Below are positions 1 through 7,353 of a DNA stretch of 54,254 nt, piece after piece. This stretch comes from Nannocystaceae bacterium (GTDB lineage: Bacteria; Myxococcota_A; Polyangia; Nannocystales; Nannocystaceae): NCBI GenBank assembly GCA_040265175.1, contig JBDQGY010000001.1, positions 1 through 54,254 of the forward strand, read 5' to 3'. The notes beneath the pieces are model-generated. The model did no database searches. It was not told the origin of the DNA and was given only the letters and a program-made list of their open reading frames with translations. Position 1 is the stretch's first letter, and every line of letters starts with the position of its first letter. A program made the position numbers and the translations under genes.

Positions 1-357
<357 letters not shown>

Positions 358-382
358 GGCGTGTTGTCTTTGTGATGCAGGG

Positions 383-1576
383 CTACGGATTTCGTCCGAA
401 CGTTTGGGTCCAGTAATGTCCCCAAGACCCGCCCGGATAATAGCCGACGCCGATCTCGTTCGAATTGGGATTCATGATATTGCTGCAATGCCCAGGGCTT
501 GTCATCCAGCCCTCGACCACGGCTGCGGGGGATGAGTAGCCTGCGGCGATATTCTCTCCGGTGGCCTGATTCGGATATTCGGCCAAATCGATGCGATCCC
601 ACGGGGTGAGCCCGTCGGGGTTGTCGTGGCTGAAGAAGTCCCGGACCGCCATGTCCCAGCTGTGCACGCGGGATGCACATCGAAGGGCTGGGTGCGCAGA
701 GACGGGGCCGGTTGCTGCGTAGACGTCGGATCCACACACGGCCCCTTGCGCGCGCTCTACGTTGACGAGCGCGACGACTTCGGCTTCAAAGTCGGTCCAG
801 CCGGGGAGCCACCCCAGCGCATCCTCACAATACGCGTTCATGGGGATGTCGCCGTCACCGTCACCGTCGCCATCGCCCGAGGTGGAGGGGTCGCCGTCAC
901 CGTCACCGTCGCCGTCACCCGAGGTGGAGGGGTCACCGTCACCGTCACCGTCACCGTCGCCGTCACCCGAGGTGGAGGGGTCACCGTCACCGTCACCGTC
1001 ACCGTCACCGTCACCAGAAGTCATAGGCGCACCCGAGGTTATGGGGTCTCCCGACGAACCACCGCTCGTTGAAGTGGAGGGGTCGCCGTCGCCGTCGCCG
1101 TCGCCCGAGGTGGAGGGGTCGCCGTCGCCGTCGCCGTCACCCGAGGTAGAGGGGTCGCCGTCGCCCGCGGTGGAGGTGTCGCCGTCGTCGGAGGTCATGG
1201 GAGCGCCGGAGGTCATGGGGCTTCCCGAGGAGTCATCGCTCGAGGAGTCGCCGTCGCCGCCTGAGGTTCCGCCGTCGCCCGAGGTTCCACCGTCGTCGCC
1301 GTCGCCGTCCCCCGAGGTGGATACCCCTCCATCGACATTCCCTGTTCCACCTTCTCCTGTGTCGCTGGCCGTCGAACCGCCGGTCTCTGCGTCCCCCAAT
1401 CCTGTGCTCTCACTGTCGCCAAAGGAGTTGAAGCCAGACGCGCCTGTGTCCGCCGCGTCTGTTCCACACGCCACGGGAGCCAGTGCTGTCGCCAGTAGAA
1501 CTCCAATTGCCGATCCAGCTCCGGATAAACGTTGATTTCTACACATTGCCAGACGGAGCATAACGTCAAACTCCAC
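383..1576 (-). CDS. Secreted lipoprotein: long PSTSG(DG)n repeat region plus C-terminal CAP/SCP/PR-1-like domain
   Basis: ORF 383..1576(-). The N-terminus ...SAIGVLLATALAPVAC-GTD has a lipobox. The start is ambiguous (GTG 1576, ATG 1561 or ATG 1546). The C-terminal ~130 aa (ALVNVERAQ..HPALRCASRVHSWDM..FSHDNPDG..GENIAAGY..GWMTSPGHCSNIMN..IGVGY) fit the bacterial CAP (YkwD-like) pattern. Confidence 0.85.
   Translation of the reverse strand: MEFDVMLRLAMCRNQRLSGAGSAIGVLLATALAPVACGTDAADTGASGFNSFGDSESTGLGDAETGGSTASDTGEGGTGNVDGGVSTSGDGDGDDGGTSGDGGTSGGDGDSSSDDSSGSPMTSGAPMTSDDGDTSTAGDGDPSTSGDGDGDGDPSTSGDGDGDGDPSTSTSGGSSGDPITSGAPMTSGDGDGDGDGDGDPSTSGDGDGDGDGDGDPSTSGDGDGDGDGDPSTSGDGDGDGDGDIPMNAYCEDALGWLPGWTDFEAEVVALVNVERAQGAVCGSDVYAATGPVSAHPALRCASRVHSWDMAVRDFFSHDNPDGLTPWDRIDLAEYPNQATGENIAAGYSSPAAVVEGWMTSPGHCSNIMNPNSNEIGVGYYPGGSWGHYWTQTFGRNP
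848..1190. repeat. Composite tandem repeats: (GYCGYC)n blocks separated by cgaggtggagggg, encoding PSTSG(DG)n units
   Basis: Direct reading. The protein shows GD copy numbers of 2,4,4,6,6,5,5 between successive PSTS spacers. Confidence 0.9.
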
Positions 1577-1664
1577 GCCTCACCATGTTTTGGGCCGCGG
1601 TACCAGATTCCGCAAAAACACAAAAAAAACAGGGATTTTGGCCGATGGAGAGTAGGCTACGCCC

Positions 1665-2591
1665 ATGGTTTCCATGTTTGAGGAGGTCGCGGCACAAACT
1701 GGCCTGTCGGCGCTCAACGCGGCCAACTTGATGAGCACGATCATCACGGTCGCCTCCTTGGTGCTTTTGAGGTTGGTGGTCGTCAAATTGCTCAACCGGG
1801 GGTCACTGGAGCCCGCACGTGCCTACCAAGTGCGGCGCGTCTCCGCGTGGATTTTTGGTTTATTCGGCGTGCTCATGGTGGGGCGCATCTGGCTGGTGAG
1901 CTTCGAGATGTTGGGCACGTTTTTGGGGCTCGTATCGGCGGGCCTCGCCATCGCCCTTCGGGATCCGGTGGTGAACGTCTTCGCGTGGATGTTCATCATT
2001 GTTCGCCGACCGTTCGAGCTTGGGGACCGGGTGCAAGTGGGGTCTGTGAAGGGAGACGTGGTCGATCTTCGGCTGTTCGACTTCTCCGTGATGGAGGTTG
2101 GTGAGTGGACGAAAGCAGACGTGCGTACTGGACGTATCGTCCGCGTGCCCAATGGAGAGATGTTCCGCTCGGCAGTCGCGGTGTACCAGCAAGGTTGGTA
2201 CGAGGAGATCTGGCACGAGTTCTACGTCACGATCACGTTTGAATCGAACTGGAAACACGCGAAACAGCTGCTGCTCGATCTTCTGCGCGCAGAAATAGGG
2301 GACATCAGCCCGCAGGTTAATCGAGAGATGAGCCAACGGGCCTCGGACTACCTCATCTTGGCCGACGACCATACGGGGCCCCAGGTGCTGGTGCATGGTC
2401 GGGATAGCGGTGTCGAGTTGACGCTGCGATACCTGTGTACGACAGGCACGCGTCGTCGCACCGAGACGCGGATGTGGGAGCGGATCCTCGAGGAATTTGA
2501 GGCGCGAGACGATATTGTCTTGGCCTACCCGACGCGTCGGGTCGTTGGGGCGACCGAGCCGTCCAACGCGGGGGGGCCGATTCTGGGCTGA
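1665..2591 (+). CDS. Small-conductance mechanosensitive channel (MscS family)
   Basis: ATG at 1665. Three N-terminal TM helices are followed by GLAIALRDPVVNVFAWMFIIVRRPFELGDRVQVGSVKGDVVDLRLFDFSVMEV..GRIVRVPNGEMF. This is the MscS pore helix plus beta-domain pattern. Confidence 0.85.
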   Translation: MVSMFEEVAAQTGLSALNAANLMSTIITVASLVLLRLVVVKLLNRGSLEPARAYQVRRVSAWIFGLFGVLMVGRIWLVSFEMLGTFLGLVSAGLAIALRDPVVNVFAWMFIIVRRPFELGDRVQVGSVKGDVVDLRLFDFSVMEVGEWTKADVRTGRIVRVPNGEMFRSAVAVYQQGWYEEIWHEFYVTITFESNWKHAKQLLLDLLRAEIGDISPQVNREMSQRASDYLILADDHTGPQVLVHGRDSGVELTLRYLCTTGTRRRTETRMWERILEEFEARDDIVLAYPTRRVVGATEPSNAGGPILG

Positions 2592-4763
2592 TCATCCATT
2601 CGTCGTGCTGCCGACGATTCGTTCTTCGGGCTGTAACTCGGGCGTCAGCGCGCAGCGCATCCCCACGCCGTGGGAGTGATCGGTGGGGTTCATCCCGTAG
2701 CGGAAGGCGGGGTTGACCCACAAGACAAACCCGCCGTTGAACGCGCCGCCACGCACCACTCGTTTATCACCGGTCTCGGGCCCGGAGGGGTTGGGCAGCG
2801 CTCCTTTTTCTGGGGGGTCATAGACGGCGAACCAGTCCTCAGTCCACTCGAAGACGTTGCCCACCATGTCGTCCATGCCGAACATGGTCCTCCCCTTGGG
2901 GAAGGTCCCCACCGGTGCGGTACCAGGAAAGCCGTCATCCTGGTCGTACATTTGTGGCGACGGGCGGAGCTCGTTCTCCTCATGCCAGCGCGTGCACTCC
3001 TCACCGCAAGCGTTCATCACTGTGTGGTCTGGAGGGGTGTCGCCCCACGGGAACGATCGGCCGTCAGATCCGCGCGCGGCGAACTCCCACTCGGCCTCAG
3101 TGGGCAAGCGGGCGCCGCGTTCGTTGCAGTAGTTCTGCGCGTCGGCCCACGAGATGCAGTTCATGGGGTGGTCCTCCCGCCCCGCGACGCCAAAGTTACA
3201 AAAGGCGCTGAAAGCCTCCTCTTTTGCGGCCTGTTCTGCTGGGCTCGCGGAGGAGTGCCAGCTTGAACGAGGAGGGAGGCGCTTGCAGCCGCCGGCGTCT
3301 GAGCACTCCTTGTACTGCTTCGCCGTGACCTCGCGCAGATCGAGGCAGTAGGGATCGAGGGTCACTTTGTGTGCGGGCTGCCAGCGGGCATATTTCGCGT
3401 CGTCAGACCCGCGATAAAACTTGCCGCCCGGGACGAGGGCCATCCCGTCCGGGCAGCGCTCGCTGAGCGGAGGGAGGGTAGGTGCGGGCGGAGGTGAGGG
3501 GACCACGTCGCGTTCGGCCAGCGCCGCGCCCGCTGAATCTTCGGATTTTGCGGCCGCCGTCGTAGGCGCATCAGGACTCTCCTCGAGGGAGGGGGCGAGA
3601 GACGTGACCACCACGGCGGCGACCGCCACGGTGGCCAGTGCGATCATGGCGACCTTGCCCCGCGAGGACGGTCGGGTCTTCGCGTCGGTGGTGATGGTCT
3701 GTTCACCGCGGAGCATCGATGCGCTGCGGGACGCGCTGGCTTGGTGAGCTAGGTTCGCGGACGAGTCCCCCTGGAGGCTGCGGGCGCGTCGCAGATCTCC
3801 GCCCGCAAGGCCCACCGGTGTCCACGTTTGCTCGCCCGTAAACGCGGCGCCCCGAATGTCTCTCCAGAAGCTGCCCATGTCGGCGTAGCGGGCCTGCGGG
3901 GTGATGGACAGCGCGCGAGCAAACACGGCCTCGACTTCGTCGGAGACGTCGAGACCGAGGGCTTGTGGTGTCGGGCGTCGCTCAGGATCCGTGCTCTGGT
4001 TGGCGATGGAGAGGAAGTCGTCTCCTTTCAGCACGCTCTCACCTCCGAGGAGGGCCTCGAGCACGATGAGGGCGAACGCGAAAACGTCGGTCCAGGGACC
4101 GGTCGCACCGTAGGAGCGGCTGAACTGTTCCGGTGCGCCGTAGCGCGGGGTGAACGCGTTGAGTTGTGCTGTGGTCTGTTTGAGCGCCTCGTCCGCGTCG
4201 AGGTGGTCTTGCATCACCTTCGCCACGCCAAAATCGAGCACCTTGGTGATCTGCAACTCGCGGTTTTCGTCGTAGACAAAGAACAGGTTGCCCGGTTTGA
4301 GGTCACGGTGGACGATATTGAATCGATGCGCAAGGGCGAGCGCCGCGGCTGCAGAGTCGAGGCGACCAATGGTGTCCGCCAGGTCCCAGCGGGGTTCATG
4401 GCCACGCTGCACCGCGTCGAAGGCGGCCTCGAGCGACTCCCCCGCCAGCCATTCGAGGACCATGAAGGGGCTCCAGTCACCAGCGCTGCCGTGAATGGTC
4501 CCGATGTCGCGGGCCTGGACGATGGCGGAGCTCTTTCCAGAGAGCTCTGCCATGAGCTTACCCTCGCGGACAAACGCGTCGCGCAGCGTCTTTCGAGTCT
4601 CCTCATTGCCAATGCCGGAGAGCTTAAAGACCTTCAAGGCGACGTCTTGATCCCACACCTTGTGTCGTGCGCGGTAGACGACGCTGAATCCGCCTTCACC
4701 AACGAAGTGGGTCACTTCATATTTTTGTTCGACCGTCGTGCCGATTAGATTGAGCGGGTCCAT
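2592..4763 (-). CDS. Ser/Thr protein kinase with TM segment and C-terminal FGE-sulfatase (SUMF1-like) domain
   Basis: ATG at 4763. Intact Hanks motifs are present: GEGGFSVVY, VALKVF, HRDLKPGNLF, DFGVAK, APE. A TM helix follows (VAMIALATVAVAAVVVT). The C-terminus reads MALVPGGKFYRGSDD..HPMNCISWADAQNYCNERGARLPTEAEWEFAARG..GNVFEWTEDWF..RVVRGGAF. Confidence 0.9.
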   Translation of the reverse strand: MDPLNLIGTTVEQKYEVTHFVGEGGFSVVYRARHKVWDQDVALKVFKLSGIGNEETRKTLRDAFVREGKLMAELSGKSSAIVQARDIGTIHGSAGDWSPFMVLEWLAGESLEAAFDAVQRGHEPRWDLADTIGRLDSAAAALALAHRFNIVHRDLKPGNLFFVYDENRELQITKVLDFGVAKVMQDHLDADEALKQTTAQLNAFTPRYGAPEQFSRSYGATGPWTDVFAFALIVLEALLGGESVLKGDDFLSIANQSTDPERRPTPQALGLDVSDEVEAVFARALSITPQARYADMGSFWRDIRGAAFTGEQTWTPVGLAGGDLRRARSLQGDSSANLAHQASASRSASMLRGEQTITTDAKTRPSSRGKVAMIALATVAVAAVVVTSLAPSLEESPDAPTTAAAKSEDSAGAALAERDVVPSPPPAPTLPPLSERCPDGMALVPGGKFYRGSDDAKYARWQPAHKVTLDPYCLDLREVTAKQYKECSDAGGCKRLPPRSSWHSSASPAEQAAKEEAFSAFCNFGVAGREDHPMNCISWADAQNYCNERGARLPTEAEWEFAARGSDGRSFPWGDTPPDHTVMNACGEECTRWHEENELRPSPQMYDQDDGFPGTAPVGTFPKGRTMFGMDDMVGNVFEWTEDWFAVYDPPEKGALPNPSGPETGDKRVVRGGAFNGGFVLWVNPAFRYGMNPTDHSHGVGMRCALTPELQPEERIVGSTTNG

Positions 4764-5201
4764 GGTCTTCTACACGTTGAGGATACGAGCCGGGAGTTGG
4801 GATTGGCGCACGTGCCCCGCTGCTTGACGTTTCTCCCACGGTGCGTCGCCTGGGGCAACCGCTTCACCGGATGCTGGAGAGTCCAACAGAGGCGTGAAGT
4901 TTAGAGCAGCGATCTCGTGTCCTCGTGCGTCCGTTTCAAGGTTGAGGCCCTTGTGTCGAGTGAGCCAGCACACGAACGTCCGCCAGCACGGACCTGTTCT
5001 CTCAAGGGAGCGAACTAGGGTGGATTGCTAGTGGAGAGCCGCTGGGGCCGAAATGACAATGTTTTGCCTATGTGGCGCAATTTTTTCAAAGGGGGGCATT
5101 TTTTACCCAAGATGCTGTAACTGTGTCCCAGCGCGCCGCGTTGGGCGTGGGAAGGCAAAAGTCTGCCCACGGGATTGGCCCACGTTGCCCAAGGTATTTC
5201 A

Positions 5202-5681
5202 ATGACAAAACACGACATTTTTTCGACCCTCGCGATTCTTGGAACTGGCGCAGCGCTCGCAGGCTGCGCGACGATGCAGGCAGACACTGCGGAGGTCGGC
5301 GAACCTCAGGGCGCAGCGCATGCCGAGGGAAGCTGCTCGGCGGCCGGATGCGGCAAAAAAGCGAAGGCCCCGGCGGTCGCTCCGGAGGTTGCAGCTGCCG
5401 ATGCGGGGACCGTTGAAGCGCCGACAATTTCCGACGTCGAGGCTGATGCAAACGCGGGGACCATCGCGTCCGATGAACAGATCTCCGCCGATGCCGCGCC
5501 CGCGGCAGTGACGGAGGCGGTCGCCGCAGCAGAGGAGACACCCTCCGCCGAGCAAGCGGCGGTCGCGGAGGAGGTTGCACCGCTGCCCCCCAAGAAGACG
5601 GTTACGAAGACGCGTCGCGCGAAGAAGAAAAAGCGCGCCTCCGTGGGAGAGGCCGCGTGCGGTGAGGGCACCTGCGCCTGA
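5202..5681 (+). CDS. Small Ala/Glu-rich lipoprotein with two CX4C motifs and a polybasic tail
   Basis: The ORF track starts at TTG 5175; ATG 5202 gives MTKHDIFSTLAILGTGAALAGC-ATMQ (lipobox). G/C is high at third codon positions. A strong terminator follows directly. I recognise no family. Confidence 0.6.
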   Translation: MTKHDIFSTLAILGTGAALAGCATMQADTAEVGEPQGAAHAEGSCSAAGCGKKAKAPAVAPEVAAADAGTVEAPTISDVEADANAGTIASDEQISADAAPAAVTEAVAAAEETPSAEQAAVAEEVAPLPPKKTVTKTRRAKKKKRASVGEAACGEGTCA

Positions 5682-5713
5682 ACGTCGCCCCCTTTAGGTC
5701 CGCGACCGCACCG

Positions 5714-5744
5714 AAAAAAGGCGCCCTCCTTGGGGCGCCTTTTT
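5714..5744. terminator. Bidirectional intrinsic terminator between convergent genes
   Basis: A-tract 5714-5719, stem GGCGCCC (5720-5726) / GGGCGCC (5733-5739), 6-nt loop, T-tract 5740-5744. Confidence 0.7.
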
Positions 5745-5763
5745 GGTGGAGCGAATCTGCAGA

Positions 5764-7173
5764 CTAGAAAAACTCGCTGATCGGGAACGCGAGCCCAAAG
5801 ACACCTAGGCACATCTCATCGAGCGTCTCTTCGCCCAAGAATACATCGATCGGCGCATCGAGCCCTTGATCGGCCAAGGCCTCGGCCACGTGCGGGTTGG
5901 CCATGGAGTTGTCGTAGTCGCACTGCAAGTAGATAAGGTCTCCGCCTTTCGCGGTCGGGAGGGTCTCCATGGGCCCATCGTACATGTAGCCTCGCTGCCA
6001 GTTAAAGTCCCATCGGGGAGTGTGGATCAAGCACTCGTCGGCGGGCTCGGACTCTTGTGGGTCGTCACGCACGAGGCCGATGAGCATGTCCGTGCCCACG
6101 TAGTGCATATGCGTGGCCATCTGCCAGATGTGCGTGTTGTCCGGGATGCTCTCCGGCAGCGGGAAGATCATCGTCTCCGTGTGGTCGCTTATGCCTGCCG
6201 GAATTTTAAACTCGATCCCGTCTTCGTCGTTGGGTCCGGGCTGAAGCCCGTAGCCGCCTCCAAAGAGGGTCCCGCTGAAGTTGCCAATGAGGCGGAGGAC
6301 GCCGACCCACTCCGGCAAGCCCTCATACCAGCGCAGGTCGACGCTGGTGCCTTCGTCCGTCTCCACGCCGGCGCCGGTGGGGTGGTAGTGGACGTTGATG
6401 ACGAGTCGCGTGTCGGGATCGATGGCGAGGGCGACGCCCTCGGGCATCTCGGAGGGAAGCGCGCCAGGGGCCCACGCCGCGATGAGCGCGGCGTCGTTGA
6501 AGCCCGGGCCACCAAAACACTCATAGGCCCCATTTTCATCGGCGAGCGCCTCGGAGGCGCCGGACGAATCGGCGTAGACGAGGACGTGATGCACGATGGA
6601 CTCGTTGCCCGGGTTGATCTGCACCCCCTCCAAGAACTGCATGGAGGGGTTGTTGAGTGGCAGCGAGAAGCACATAAATTTGTCCTTCGAGCCAGACACC
6701 TCCACCGGGGCCGTGATCGCGTGGGTTTCGTCTTTGTCTTTCAACTCAAGATCCGGCGGCGCGGGCAGGGGCGCTGCGGTCGTTGGGTCGCCTTCGGGTG
6801 CCCCTTGCTCGGCCCAACGCCTCAACATGAGTTTCTCTTCGGCGGTGAGCCTGAGGTCGTCCACCCACGGGTGATTCACCTGACATTCCTCGGTGTCTTG
6901 GGCCAAAAAGGGCGGCATTGCGCCGCTCTCCGTGGCGTCGGCCATCATGCCCGCGAACGGGGCGGCCTCTTCGTAGGAGTTGAGGGAGAAGGGAGCGATC
7001 CCTCCATCGGCGTGGCAACCCACGCAGCTTTGACTCACCAAGGGGGCCACATCTTGATGCCAGGTGACTCGAACGGCGGTGTCGTTGGTCTGCTCTTTGG
7101 CGCCACACCCGCCTACGACAGACATTGGGAGCAGTGTCAGGCAGGTGAGTAAACGCTGATTCATGGGGCGCAT
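5764..7173 (-). CDS. Lipoprotein with N-terminal CxxCH motif and PHM/DBH-like (type II copper monooxygenase) core
   Basis: ATG at 7173; MRPMNQRLLTCLTLLPMSVVGGC (lipobox). SQSCVGCHADGG is a haem-c attachment motif. The copper-core motifs are FMCFSLPL, IVHHVLVYA, AAWAPGALPSEMPEGVA, NVHYHP, ATHMHYVG, WDFNWQ and LDEMCLG. They parallel the CuH/CuM ligand motifs of peptidylglycine monooxygenase. Confidence 0.75.
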   Translation of the reverse strand: MRPMNQRLLTCLTLLPMSVVGGCGAKEQTNDTAVRVTWHQDVAPLVSQSCVGCHADGGIAPFSLNSYEEAAPFAGMMADATESGAMPPFLAQDTEECQVNHPWVDDLRLTAEEKLMLRRWAEQGAPEGDPTTAAPLPAPPDLELKDKDETHAITAPVEVSGSKDKFMCFSLPLNNPSMQFLEGVQINPGNESIVHHVLVYADSSGASEALADENGAYECFGGPGFNDAALIAAWAPGALPSEMPEGVALAIDPDTRLVINVHYHPTGAGVETDEGTSVDLRWYEGLPEWVGVLRLIGNFSGTLFGGGYGLQPGPNDEDGIEFKIPAGISDHTETMIFPLPESIPDNTHIWQMATHMHYVGTDMLIGLVRDDPQESEPADECLIHTPRWDFNWQRGYMYDGPMETLPTAKGGDLIYLQCDYDNSMANPHVAEALADQGLDAPIDVFLGEETLDEMCLGVFGLAFPISEFF

Positions 7174-7353
7174 CGTACCATAACGGTCGCGAAGGAAGAT
7201 GCGGCGAGCCGCGCAACCTTGGCGTCATCCCTCGCGAGGGGGCCGCCGCGGAGCAGCCTTCGAGGGCGGGAGAGGGCGGAAGACGCATGGCGCGCGGCCC
7301 GATTCGCTCGGGCCCTTGCCGAGCCGCAAGTGAGGGGTAGATTGTCGCCTCCG

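Noticed and set aside
5176-5189. Sigma-54-like TGGCCCACGTTGCC upstream of the small lipoprotein gene
   Set aside because: The GG-to-GC spacing is 10 nt rather than the required 12. It also overlaps the probable 5' UTR and start region.
7174-7353. SOS (LexA) operator upstream of uvrA
   Set aside because: I found no CTGT-N8-ACAG, no GAAC-N4-GTTC and no good match to the Myxococcus-type CTRHAMRYBYGTTCAGS box. The nearest GTTCACG at ~7361 fails the upstream half.
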